This document shows positions 51,740-62,657 of a stretch of 64,000 nucleotides of DNA, piece after piece. A program made the translations under genes and the position numbers. Every line of letters begins with the position of its first letter. Position 1 is the first letter of the stretch. The notes under the pieces are model-generated. The model saw only the letters and a program-made list of their open reading frames with translations. It was not told where the DNA came from and did not search any database. Source of the stretch: Candidatus Hydrogenedentota bacterium (GTDB taxonomy: Bacteria > Hydrogenedentota > Hydrogenedentia > Hydrogenedentales > SLHB01); the NCBI GenBank assembly GCA_963745075.1, contig CAVUWV010000036.1, forward strand, positions 288,001 through 352,000, given 5' to 3'.

Positions 51740-53458
51740 ATGAAAGATTCATACATACCATTTAACAAAACAACCGAAGAAAATGCACCCAATGCTGAAA
51801 ATGTATCCACAGACCAGCAACAAGTGAAAAAACAAAACAATGAAAATATTCTGTACATTTTGTACGGAAGCCGCACAGGCAACTCAAAAGCAGCCGCCAT
51901 ACTGGCCAGAGATTATGCCCGTTACCTGGGACTGGAGAGTTATCTGCTTGATATGAAAACCATTGACCCTCAAGACCTGCAACATATCCGCAACCTGCTC
52001 ATAGCTGTAAGCACACATGGAGAAGGTGATCCGCCGGCAGTAGTTGAAAACTTTTATAAATATATACACTCTCCTTCAGCTCCGTCAATGGAAGGCGCAC
52101 GTTTTAGTTTACTGGCCCTTGGTGACAGCAGTTATCGCGATTTCTGCAAAACAGGCCGGGATTTTCAGCGCCGGCTGAAACTACTCGGAGCCAAAGAGAT
52201 CAGTCCGCTGGTTTCCTGTGATATCGATTATGAAGAAAATGCAAAAAAATGGGTTGAAGAAGCGGTAGCTTCCTTTGCTGAAATACTTCCTGCAAAAGAA
52301 CAAAAGAAAGGTAAGCCATTTGCATTCGAAATCAATAAGAATGAGGCCGGATTTGAAAATGCATATTATGCAAAAGTACTGAGTAAGAAATACCTTACCC
52401 GTCCTGGTGTTGGCAAACGTACCCTGCATCTCGAACTGGCTATTGATAATTTTGATACACCTTTCGAGCCGGGCGATTCTTTTGGCGTTTATCTCTCTAA
52501 TTCACGATTATTGGTTGATAAGCTTTTGAAAGTCCTGGGTTTTGACGGCACTCACACCATTGAGGCTCCGTCAGGAAAAAAAATGCTGAAAGAAGCCCTG
52601 ATAAATGACTTTGAAATTACCATGCTTACGCCACTCATAGTACGAAAATATGCGCAGCTTTCCGGCCATCCCAATATTACAGAACTTACAAGAAACGTGA
52701 CAGCGTTGCAGGAATATGTACTTTCACACGATATACTTGACCTGGTGACTGATTATCCGGCTAGTTTCACACCTGAAGAATTTATTAATATTTTACGTAA
52801 ACTCAATCCCCGGATCTATTCGGTTGCATCAAGTCCCTCCCTGAAACAGGGTGAATTGCATTTTACGATTGGCCTGGTTGAATACAACATAAATCAACGA
52901 AATCATATTGGTGTCGGTTCAGCATTTTTTGCTGACAGAGTTGAAGAAGGAGATTCAATACCTGTTTACCTGGAATCAAATCCAAAGTTCAGGTTACCTG
53001 AAGACACTGATACTCCGGTAATCATGATCGGAACAGGCACCGGTATTGCACCTTTCAGGGCCTTTTTGCAGGAACGTAAATATCAGGGGGCAAAGGGTGA
53101 TAACTGGTTATTCTTTGGCGACAGAAATGCTGAAAATGACTATTTATACCGGGATGAGCTGGAAGACTTTTTCAACTCCGGATTACTTACCAAACTAAAT
53201 ACAGCATTCTCCCGTGATCAGCAGGAAAAAATTTATGTACAACATCGCATGCTTGAAAATTCCGCAGCACTGTTCAGCTGGATATTCAAACGCAATGCAA
53301 CGGTTTATCTCTGCGGAAACAAGCGAACCATGGGAAAAAGTGTGCGTGAAACAATGAAGGAGATCCTTATTAAAGAAGGTAATTTTACGCCTGAAGTAGC
53401 GACTGCTTACCTGAAGAAAATGAAAAATGAGAAACGGCTGCAGGCCGATTTGTATTAA
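51740..53458 (+). CDS. Diflavin (FMN/FAD) NADPH oxidoreductase, CysJ-like
   Basis: LYGSRTGNS, STHGEGDPP and LGDSSY (flavodoxin); PRIYSVASS, MIGTGTGIAPFRAFL, AFSRDQ..YVQ and YLCG (FNR). Confidence 0.92.
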   Translation: MKDSYIPFNKTTEENAPNAENVSTDQQQVKKQNNENILYILYGSRTGNSKAAAILARDYARYLGLESYLLDMKTIDPQDLQHIRNLLIAVSTHGEGDPPAVVENFYKYIHSPSAPSMEGARFSLLALGDSSYRDFCKTGRDFQRRLKLLGAKEISPLVSCDIDYEENAKKWVEEAVASFAEILPAKEQKKGKPFAFEINKNEAGFENAYYAKVLSKKYLTRPGVGKRTLHLELAIDNFDTPFEPGDSFGVYLSNSRLLVDKLLKVLGFDGTHTIEAPSGKKMLKEALINDFEITMLTPLIVRKYAQLSGHPNITELTRNVTALQEYVLSHDILDLVTDYPASFTPEEFINILRKLNPRIYSVASSPSLKQGELHFTIGLVEYNINQRNHIGVGSAFFADRVEEGDSIPVYLESNPKFRLPEDTDTPVIMIGTGTGIAPFRAFLQERKYQGAKGDNWLFFGDRNAENDYLYRDELEDFFNSGLLTKLNTAFSRDQQEKIYVQHRMLENSAALFSWIFKRNATVYLCGNKRTMGKSVRETMKEILIKEGNFTPEVATAYLKKMKNEKRLQADLY

Positions 53459-53533
53459 TTCCTTACTTTCAAAAATGAAAACCAGACTACCGGAAAACAT
53501 AAAATTTGCTGTAAAATTCGCGCACAAGTAGAA

Positions 53534-53632
53534 GAGCGTACCCCATTCTGACATTTGATCGCTGGCTTTGCTGAGTAATCCCTGGACCGGACTAACACCG
53601 GAAGTTATTCTTCTTTACCTGGGAGATTGCTC
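53534..53632 (+). ncRNA. Candidate structured ncRNA (6S-Flavo-like)
   Basis: Closing stem GAGCG..CCCA/TGGG..TGCTC, large central bubble, inner stem GAGTAAT/GTTATTC with GGACTAACA in the loop; intergenic. Family match is from memory only. Confidence 0.45.
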
Positions 53633-53692
53633 ACATCATCAAATTTTCCATAGTCCAGTATTTGGAATAATTAAGATATTCCAGGAACCAGC

Positions 53693-54871
53693 TTAATTGT
53701 TATTGTTAAAAGCTGAAAGATCCCATTCATCTTTCCATTCAATAACCGGTTTTTCATTTTCAAATTTTACAGGCAACCAGATATAACGGCCGTCAACAGG
53801 ATTTTTCGGCTTCCAGCGATCAGCCATAAAGATAAACGCATCATCAAAGCCTGCAACTGGCAATACATAAGTGCTCTGGGAATAAAAAGTAAGCTCGGCA
53901 TGTTCTCCAATACAGGGATTCCCCAGCTGTTTCCATGGGCCCCAAATGGAACCGGCAACAGCCACATCGGCAGCATTCGGATCCCAGCCTGTGCATCCGG
54001 AAGTAATCATATAATATTTCCCGTTTCGCTTGAAAACAGCAGGCGCTTCACGATGTCCTCCCGGAAAAACTCTTGTCCACCTTCCGGTAAACCCAGTATA
54101 ATCATCATTTAGTTCTGAGATATCCATGGTTAGATTTTCTTCCGAAGAATGAATATGATAAGCCTTTTCATCATCATCCACAAAAAGTGTCATGTCCCTG
54201 GACATCTGTCCTTTTCCAAAATCGCGACGCACGAATAAGCCTTCCTCAATGGCTTTCCTCCATTCGGGAGTCCACCATTTTAACTGTTCTTCATTAGCCT
54301 GTTTTTCGTTTTTTCCTGCATAATTAACAGGCCACTGACCAGCATTAGGCCGGAAGGATCTGATATAGGTATAGGGACCTGCAATTTTATCGCTAACAGC
54401 AACTCCTGTGCGGGCCGAACTGTAACCACTCCCTTTCAGTTCCAAATGAAACCACATCACAAATTTACCCGTCTTTTTGTTAAAAATTACTTTTGGACGT
54501 TCCATAACACAACCTCTTACAATTTCGGAAGTTGTATCAGACAGTGATGCCATAGCTATGCCTTCGTTTTTCCAATTGTACAGATCTTTGGAAGAATAAC
54601 ATCCTATCCCCACTTTTGCAGTGTTTCCGCCATGGCCTGAGGTTTTATGTTCCCCAAACCAGTAATAAGTATTATTGTAATACAAAATTCCACCACCATG
54701 TGCGTTAATGGCAACACTATCAGTATCGACCCATACTTTTCCTGGATTGAAACTTTTATTTTTACTTTCAATGTTACTGGTTTCTTCACTGTTTTTGCAT
54801 GAAACCAGTGACATTACCACTGCACTGCATATTCCTATCTCTTTCAGACTTATTGTTAAGAACTTACCCAT
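53693..54871 (-). CDS. GH43 glycoside hydrolase (subfamily 24-like) lipoprotein
   Basis: INAHGGG, YYWFGE, MERPKV, MSRDMTLFVDDD, REAPA and SQST. Confidence 0.88.
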   Translation of the reverse strand: MGKFLTISLKEIGICSAVVMSLVSCKNSEETSNIESKNKSFNPGKVWVDTDSVAINAHGGGILYYNNTYYWFGEHKTSGHGGNTAKVGIGCYSSKDLYNWKNEGIAMASLSDTTSEIVRGCVMERPKVIFNKKTGKFVMWFHLELKGSGYSSARTGVAVSDKIAGPYTYIRSFRPNAGQWPVNYAGKNEKQANEEQLKWWTPEWRKAIEEGLFVRRDFGKGQMSRDMTLFVDDDEKAYHIHSSEENLTMDISELNDDYTGFTGRWTRVFPGGHREAPAVFKRNGKYYMITSGCTGWDPNAADVAVAGSIWGPWKQLGNPCIGEHAELTFYSQSTYVLPVAGFDDAFIFMADRWKPKNPVDGRYIWLPVKFENEKPVIEWKDEWDLSAFNNNN

Positions 54872-55039
54872 AATTATATTTTTCGATTCACCGTTGTCCT
54901 GTATAAATATTTAACCGGGTCAGACATTTCTCAATCTAACCCGCTATGTCGTCTGGTTTTGAATTTCCACCCAAGAAAGTTGACCCAAATAATAATTCAA
55001 ATTTCAATTCATTACAGTTATTCATCTCATTATTGATAA

Positions 55040-56401
55040 TCATCCAAGTAGTCCAAGTCCGTTGAGGAAAACAAATGCAATGGCGATCGGAGCGATAAAA
55101 CGGATGATAAACAGATAAGCTCCGTAAAAAACTACCCTGACTGTACCCTTATTGGACAATTCATCCTTCAGGACACTCTTCCCAAGGAACCAGCCTACAA
55201 ATAATACAATAAACAAACCACCTACCGGCAACAGAATATTAGCTGAGGTAAAATCAAGAATATCAAAAAGATTTTTCCCAAACAATTGTACTTCGTCCCA
55301 GGGTCCCTGCGACATTGTACAAACAAAACCCAGGATAGCAATGCCAAAGGCAGCCCAAAATGTAGCTTTTTTTCTGGAAATATTAAATTCTTCTGAGAAA
55401 AAGGCAACCACTACCTCCAGTACAGAGATGGAAGAGGTAAGTGCAGCAATGATCAGTAACAGGAAGAAAAGGATGGCAAAGAAATAGCCTGCCGGCATCT
55501 GATTGAATATGTTGGGCAGTGTTATAAACACCAACCCCGGACCTGAAGCCGGTTCAATATGGAAGGCAAATACGGCCGGAAATATAGCGATACCTGCCAG
55601 TACAGCAATAAGGGTATCAGCTGCTGAAACAGCCACTGCAGTATTCCCGAGTTTTTCCTTCTTATGAATATATGAACCATAGGTGATGAGTGTTCCCATA
55701 CCGATACTGAGGGAGAAAAACGACTGTCCGAGTGCTTCTAGAATAACCTTACCGGTAATCTTTGAAAAATCCGGAGCGAACAAAAAGCGGAGCCCCTCGC
55801 CTGCTCCGGGAAGTGTCAGTGCCCTGACACACAAAGCCAGCAATAATACCAGCAGCATGGGCATCAGTATCTTGGAATATTTCTCAATCCCTCTCTGAAC
55901 TCCGGCAATCACAATCCCTGCAGTTAAAAACATGAAGATAAGCTGCCAGAATGCCGGTTGATAGCCACTTGTCCTGAAAGCTTCAAAAGTATTGGTCAAA
56001 GCTGCAGCATCTTCCCCTTTAAATTGATTCAGCAGCGATGAATATAAATATTCCATGGTCCAGCCGGCTACGGTACTATAAAATGCCAGGATCATGAAAG
56101 CAGTCACAATGAACATCAGACCAACCAGGTGCCATTTTGCTTTTGGCTTCAGGAAACGAAATGCTCCATACGGATTGCGTTGTGCGTTTCTTCCGATGAT
56201 AAACTCTGAAAGCATAACCGGTATACCGATGGCCAGAATAAACACGATATATACCAGCAGAAAAGCAGCTCCACCGTTTTCACCTGCAACATACGGGAAT
56301 CGCCAGATGTTACCCAATCCGATAGCCGAGCCGGCTGTGGCCGCAATTACGCCAAGTTTTGAGCCAAAACTGTCACGCAAAGTAGTGTCCAAATTTGCCA
56401 T
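55040..56401 (-). CDS. Sodium-dependent transporter, NSS/SNF family
   Basis: GSAIGLGNIWRFPY..GENGGAAF, ALGQSFFSLSIG and GPGLVFITLP. Confidence 0.95.
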   Translation of the reverse strand: MANLDTTLRDSFGSKLGVIAATAGSAIGLGNIWRFPYVAGENGGAAFLLVYIVFILAIGIPVMLSEFIIGRNAQRNPYGAFRFLKPKAKWHLVGLMFIVTAFMILAFYSTVAGWTMEYLYSSLLNQFKGEDAAALTNTFEAFRTSGYQPAFWQLIFMFLTAGIVIAGVQRGIEKYSKILMPMLLVLLLALCVRALTLPGAGEGLRFLFAPDFSKITGKVILEALGQSFFSLSIGMGTLITYGSYIHKKEKLGNTAVAVSAADTLIAVLAGIAIFPAVFAFHIEPASGPGLVFITLPNIFNQMPAGYFFAILFFLLLIIAALTSSISVLEVVVAFFSEEFNISRKKATFWAAFGIAILGFVCTMSQGPWDEVQLFGKNLFDILDFTSANILLPVGGLFIVLFVGWFLGKSVLKDELSNKGTVRVVFYGAYLFIIRFIAPIAIAFVFLNGLGLLG

Positions 56402-56506
56402 TTCCTGATCATTTTTTATTATTTCGGGAGTGAAAATACAAAAACATCAGGAATTAGCATTCCAGTTAAATGAATTTCTTGAATGAGTATGATAATATCC
56501 AGGATA

Positions 56507-56900
56507 GGTCACGCATTACAAATGTGCGCCAGACAAGAGTGCATTCCAAAAAAGGTCACAAGCGAGATGCGGCAGTGGGAGCTATTGGATGTGGCAGTGG
56601 GGGAATACAAGAAACGCAGTTTCTTATTCGTTATATTTATATCGTTCATATTACCAATGAATTACAAAGTTTTCTTGTTGCGTTTTTTTCCAGCATATTA
56701 TATTATTCGTGGCTAAAGTGAATAGTTCGGGGTTCAACTCCAAACCTGAGGGTAAAAGTCACAAGAGGATGCTTGCAACAGAGTTAGGCCACAAGCGAGA
56801 CGCTTGGGAGAGTATAAATCTGCTTATTTCAATGAATGGTCACAAGCGAGACGATCCGATAGCTATCGGATGCGACAGTTTAACGCAGACGCTTGCGACA
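56507..56900 (+). repeat. Cluster of ~6 degenerate palindromic repeats (consensus ~GGTCACAAGCGAGACGCTTGCG.CAG)
   Basis: Copies at ~56507, 56554, 56757, 56787, 56838 and 56883 (partial). A related reverse copy lies at ~63520-63543. Confidence 0.75.
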
Positions 56901-56926
56901 TGGCCCGGGAGAAAATAAGAGTAAAT

Positions 56927-57775
56927 TTACAATCTCCCCATTTTGCCGGACTGGTAATCGAGCATGGCTTGTTGTATTTCAGCCTGACTGTTCATAACGA
57001 AAGGACCCTGTGCCACTATAGGCTCATTGAAAGGGGTACCATAACCAAAAAGAAGCATTGAATCCTCTTTTGCAATGATTTCAATTTGCTCTTCGTCAGA
57101 ATCAAACTCAACCAGGTTGTGGGTATCTGCTTCCTTCCCGTTCACTTCAACAAGGCCATTTACTAGATACAACAATATATTTTTGTCTTTGGGGACTGCG
57201 GCCTTGTAATTTGCGCCATTTTTCATTTCCAGCCTGCAAATAGAAATATCTGTGACTGGTTCAACCGGTCCTTTTACATTATTAAAAGTACCGGATACTA
57301 CATGAAGCTTTACCTTGCCTTTGTCGGTTTCAGCAACCGGGATTTTCTCCTTCTGTAACCCGGTATAAGCCGGATCCGTCATCTTTAAAGATGCAGGCAG
57401 GTTCAGCCACAACTGGATAATTTCCAGTCTGCCCCCATTTGCAAGAAAATCTTTGGAAGAGACTTCAGTATGCACCAATCCGCGACCTGCTGTCATCCAC
57501 TGAATTCCTCCTTCATTGATGATACTTTCATAGCCGCCTGAATCTTTGTGCATCAGATCGCCGTCCAGTATAAAGGTCAGTGTTTCAAATCCGCGATGCG
57601 GATGGGGACCGAATGGCAACCCGTTGTTGTTCTTTCCATAATCCTGCGGACCATGATGGTTCAGGAACAAAAACGGATCAACGTGATCAATGGTATGCGT
57701 TGGCATGGCCCGGTAAGTGGTCAGATCGCCTATCGGATCACTTATTGCCCGATGTATATTTTTAATCGTTCTCAT
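56927..57775 (-). CDS. Pirin family protein
   Basis: DPFLFLNH, PHPHRGFETLT, QWMTAGRGLVHTE and GPFVMNS. Confidence 0.95.
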   Translation of the reverse strand: MRTIKNIHRAISDPIGDLTTYRAMPTHTIDHVDPFLFLNHHGPQDYGKNNNGLPFGPHPHRGFETLTFILDGDLMHKDSGGYESIINEGGIQWMTAGRGLVHTEVSSKDFLANGGRLEIIQLWLNLPASLKMTDPAYTGLQKEKIPVAETDKGKVKLHVVSGTFNNVKGPVEPVTDISICRLEMKNGANYKAAVPKDKNILLYLVNGLVEVNGKEADTHNLVEFDSDEEQIEIIAKEDSMLLFGYGTPFNEPIVAQGPFVMNSQAEIQQAMLDYQSGKMGRL

Positions 57776-57907
57776 AACTATTCTCCTTTCTGAGGAAAAC
57801 AGACAAGAAAGTCTTTTGTTTCAATATTAACTATTATTATGACAATCAATGCAATATAAAACCATCTTTCGCACTAATTCAGGGAATTACTACTTAATAA
57901 TTCCGCA

Positions 57908-58170
57908 CCTACGGAGCTGCTGTATGATATTTTTTGTTGATTTTCTACCATAATGTCGTCACTACGTGTCTTGTAGTGCTTATTGTTTTTCGTCATGGTT
58001 TGAGCGGGGTAACATTCTCAAACCTTCAAATCTTCAAACAACCAACGTCGCTTGAAACCATTTGGAACAATCTGAAACAACCTGAATCCTTGCCTTTGGC
58101 ATGTGCGGGGGCATGGTGAGGGCAAGAATCACGAGCGGCATTGCGCGACGGAATTGTGGGAGCGAGTAAT
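57908..58170 (+). repeat. Composite repeat, left copy
   Basis: REP-like doublet, then 10-bp-period TGAAAC, then a ~95-bp hairpin element. Matches the reverse complement of parts of 63282-63663. Confidence 0.75.
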
Positions 58171-58269
58171 TACAACCGAACAATCAACTGATTTACTACT
58201 GAATAAACAACTGAGTTATCGAATGAACCATTCCCTGGATACCCCGGGTAAACCACTCAATCCTTCCCG

Positions 58270-59359
<1,090 letters not shown>

Positions 59360-59452
59360 TTATAAATGGCTGTCGAATTATATTCCAGATTTAAAAATTT
59401 AGAACTTAAATATTAAATTACAAAGTTCTCATAGCTAGCAATCCAACCCGCT

Positions 59453-59542
59453 GCCCCTTGGTCCCCTAAAGGGGTCAGCCCGCGATTTTAACCGAAATTT
59501 CAATCAAAAACGGAGCGAAGGCCCCTTTAGGCTATAGGGGGC
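59453..59542. repeat. Degenerate CCCCT/AGGGG-type inverted repeat
   Basis: CCCCTAAAGGGG (59463-59474) and CCCCTTTAGG (59522-59531). Confidence 0.45.
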
Positions 59543-59585
59543 GTGCGAAGGAAAATAATTTTATTAATATAATCTGAAATTCATA

Positions 59586-60104
59586 TTATTTAATTACTTT
59601 ATAATACAACTGCACCAAACCGCTTGAAAACACTTTGAAATCAGTTAATTTAAGATTCGTGCGCTTATCAAAATCATTAAACAATGGCTTTCCTTTGCCC
59701 AGCAACAAAGGATGAACCGATATCATCATTTCATCAATCAGGTTACATGCCAGGAAAGAAGCAGCCAGTTTTGCCCCACCAAAAAGCCACAAATCCTTTC
59801 CGGGTGCCGAAAGAATTTCATGCATGTCCTGATCGGGTGCTGCTTTCATCAGTTCATAGCCTTTCTCCACATTCTTTAAGCTGGTTGAAAAAACAATCTT
59901 CCTTTTATCGGCAAAAGCGTTGGGAAGGTCCCGGATCAGTTGTTCATAGCTTATTCTTCCCAACAGGATTGTGTCAATCCCTTCCAGAAAAGAGGTCATC
60001 GAATAATCCTGGTCTGTGAAACACCAGTCGATGGCTCCGTTTTCGCCCTCAATAAAAAAATCAAGACTGGTACAGAGGCTGAGTACTATCTTTCTGTGAT
60101 TCAT
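59586..60104 (-). CDS. Dihydrofolate reductase/RibD-C family protein
   Basis: SLDFFI, DTILLGRISY, LWLFGGAKLA and IDEM.ISVHPLLLGKGKPLF. Confidence 0.9.
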   Translation of the reverse strand: MNHRKIVLSLCTSLDFFIEGENGAIDWCFTDQDYSMTSFLEGIDTILLGRISYEQLIRDLPNAFADKRKIVFSTSLKNVEKGYELMKAAPDQDMHEILSAPGKDLWLFGGAKLAASFLACNLIDEMMISVHPLLLGKGKPLFNDFDKRTNLKLTDFKVFSSGLVQLYYKVIK

Positions 60105-60116
60105 ATTTATATTTAT

Positions 60117-60947
60117 CTAAATCATCTCTTTCTCAAATAACTCTATCATCTCACCCGCAATACTGTAATCCCCGGGATGTGGCGGCAAATTTCCCCGCTC
60201 ATACCAGGCCAGTTCGGCAATCTCCTCCGGATCGGGAACCAGTTCCTGTGTTTCATCTGCTTCTGCGATATAAGCTACCATCAATGAACCTGAGTAAGGC
60301 CAGGGCTGACTTTTGTAGTACCGCAGATTGCGAATACTGATTCCTGTCTCTTCCTTTACTTCACGAATGACAGTCTGCTCCAGTGATTCACCAACTTCAA
60401 CATAACCGGCAATGACGGAATAAAATTTACCCCGGAATTTGGTATTCTGTGCAAGTAAAATCTTATTACCCGAAGTAATGGCCACGATGACGGCAGGCGA
60501 TACATTGGGATAGACAACTTTTCCGCATGAGGGACAAACAATTTCCCTGACATCTTTTTTCAAGACGGTTTTCGTTCCGCAATGCCCGCAATATTGATTA
60601 GAGATGTACCACGTCATAAGCTGATAGCCCAGCACACCCATCCAGGAAACCTCTCCGTTTTTTAACAAGCGGAGGTCAAAGATTTTTTTATAAATGAAGT
60701 TTTCTTTGTCATCAGGAAAATCAAACAGCAAAAAGAAGTGACTCCCATTCAGTGCAAACAGATAAATTGCTTGATTGGTATCTGGCAGAGGGCTGAAGTC
60801 TTTTTTACGGGGAATCGATAACTCCTCCCCCTCCTGTTTTAGCAAGATCTGATCATCCTTATAACAAAGCAGGTAATCATTGTCCTGTACCTCCTGCACC
60901 ATCTGAAACTGATTGTCAAACGTACCCTGCAAAATTTCGTGTAACAT
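60117..60947 (-). CDS. nudC: NAD(H) diphosphatase NudC
   Basis: YCGHCG/CPSC zinc ribbon, YP.VSPAVIV, Nudix box AGYVEVGESLEQTVIREVKEETG and SQPWPY. Confidence 0.92.
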   Translation of the reverse strand: MLHEILQGTFDNQFQMVQEVQDNDYLLCYKDDQILLKQEGEELSIPRKKDFSPLPDTNQAIYLFALNGSHFFLLFDFPDDKENFIYKKIFDLRLLKNGEVSWMGVLGYQLMTWYISNQYCGHCGTKTVLKKDVREIVCPSCGKVVYPNVSPAVIVAITSGNKILLAQNTKFRGKFYSVIAGYVEVGESLEQTVIREVKEETGISIRNLRYYKSQPWPYSGSLMVAYIAEADETQELVPDPEEIAELAWYERGNLPPHPGDYSIAGEMIELFEKEMI

Positions 60948-61163
60948 AAGAATTGGTATTAATCTGTTAAGAAAATAAACATTTCTGAAAGCTGAATGTT
61001 TGCAACAACTTTTCAGGAAAAAGTCAAAATCCATTCAAAAATACCGGTTTAAAAATTAAATCCTGCTGTGTTAACCGGCATTTTTAAGGCATTCGCCGAT
61101 TTCTGCTTCCCCAAAACATCCGTCAGTGTTATTTTTATATCACAAATTGAAAATTACATTATC

Positions 61164-62654
61164 ATGAATAAAAAGATCACTATTATCGGGGGAGGTATCG
61201 CCGGTTTATCAACCGGAATCTACGGACAGATAAACGGCTATCATACTGAAATAATTGAGATGCATAAACGGCCTGGCGGGCAGTGTACCACCTGGGAGCG
61301 GAAGGGATTTCGTTTTGACTATTGCCTGCACTGGCTGGTAGGTACTAAAAACGGCATGTATAAAGACATGTGGAAGGATACAAATGTACTGAATAATGAC
61401 ACCAAAATAATTGATCATGAAATATTCGGCCAAATGATCAATGAGAAAGAAGAAGAATTTACCATTTACACCAACATTGATCGCTGGGAGCAATACCTGT
61501 TGGAAATGGCTCCTGAAGACAAAAAAGCAATCAGAAGAATGTGCAGGCACATGCGAAAAGGAAGGAGTTTCGCTCCTTTCATCCCTGTGCGTACAATGAA
61601 AGATGCTGCAAACAATGTATCTACCTTTTTCAGTATGTTACCAGTTTTTCTGTTGTTTGTCCGTTTTGGCAAAAAAGACTGTGCTGCCTATTTCAAAAAA
61701 CTTGGCTTCAAAAACCCGAAGCTAACCTGGTTTCTGCACAACACCTATGGCAAACTCAATTTCGCAGCTATTGCTTTTATACTGATGCTGGGGTGGTTCG
61801 ACCAGAAAAATGCCGGTTACATAATTGGTGGTTCCCAGGCGTTGATTGACCGCATGAAAGACCGGTATCTGACATTAGGAGGCAAGCTTACCACCGGTAA
61901 GAGAGTAAAAAGGATTATGGTTGAAAATAATACAGCAAAAGGAGTTGAACTTGCTGATGGCACTATGGTACATAGTGATTATGTTATCAGTGCTGCGGAT
62001 GGCCACTCTACAATTTTTAATATGCTGGGAGGTAAATATATTTCCAAACAACATCGTGATGCCTATCAGAACTGGGAACTCTTCACTCCCATTGTACAGG
62101 TGTCTTTCGGTATGGATGCAGTGGTCAATCAGGATGCCCCGGCTGCCATGTACCTGACAGAAAACAAGATGATCGGATCCACAAAACTAAAATCAGGGTA
62201 TACCATTATGAATTATGCATTTGACCCGACGATGGCTCCAAAAGGAAAATCGGTGATTGTACTGCGATTTGAAAGTCCGTGGGAAATCTGGGAGCATATG
62301 GATGAAAACACCTACAAAGAAGAGAAAGAAAAGATCAGGAAAGAAGCACTGTCAATTTTAGAATATCATTACCCTGTTGTTACGGGCAAAATAATGGTGA
62401 CTGATATTGCCACGCCTCGCACCGGGGTGAGATATACAGGAGTATGGAAAGCATCTTACGAAGGATTTATGCCTTCAAAGGAAAACATAACCAAAACACT
62501 AAAAAACACCCTACCCGGACTGGATAATTTCTATCTGGCCGGTCAGTGGTTGTATCCGGGAGGCGGATTACCCCCTTCAGCTGATTCGGGACGAAAAGCC
62601 ATCCGGCAGATTTGTAAAAAAGAGAAGAAGCCGTTTTTACATTACAGCAGATAA
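61164..62654 (+). CDS. Phytoene desaturase-like NAD(P)/FAD-dependent oxidoreductase
   Basis: IIGGGIAGLS, PGGQCTTWERKGFRFD, DIATP and NFYLAGQWLYPGGGLP. Confidence 0.85.
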   Translation: MNKKITIIGGGIAGLSTGIYGQINGYHTEIIEMHKRPGGQCTTWERKGFRFDYCLHWLVGTKNGMYKDMWKDTNVLNNDTKIIDHEIFGQMINEKEEEFTIYTNIDRWEQYLLEMAPEDKKAIRRMCRHMRKGRSFAPFIPVRTMKDAANNVSTFFSMLPVFLLFVRFGKKDCAAYFKKLGFKNPKLTWFLHNTYGKLNFAAIAFILMLGWFDQKNAGYIIGGSQALIDRMKDRYLTLGGKLTTGKRVKRIMVENNTAKGVELADGTMVHSDYVISAADGHSTIFNMLGGKYISKQHRDAYQNWELFTPIVQVSFGMDAVVNQDAPAAMYLTENKMIGSTKLKSGYTIMNYAFDPTMAPKGKSVIVLRFESPWEIWEHMDENTYKEEKEKIRKEALSILEYHYPVVTGKIMVTDIATPRTGVRYTGVWKASYEGFMPSKENITKTLKNTLPGLDNFYLAGQWLYPGGGLPPSADSGRKAIRQICKKEKKPFLHYSR

Positions 62655-62657
62655 CTT

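Noticed and set aside
51740..53458. Assigning the symbol cysJ (sulfite assimilation)
   Set aside because: The fold matches, but no hemoprotein subunit or other cys gene is in the window.
56507..56900. CRISPR array
   Set aside because: Repeats are degenerate, spacing ranges from a few nt to ~180 nt, and no cas genes are present.
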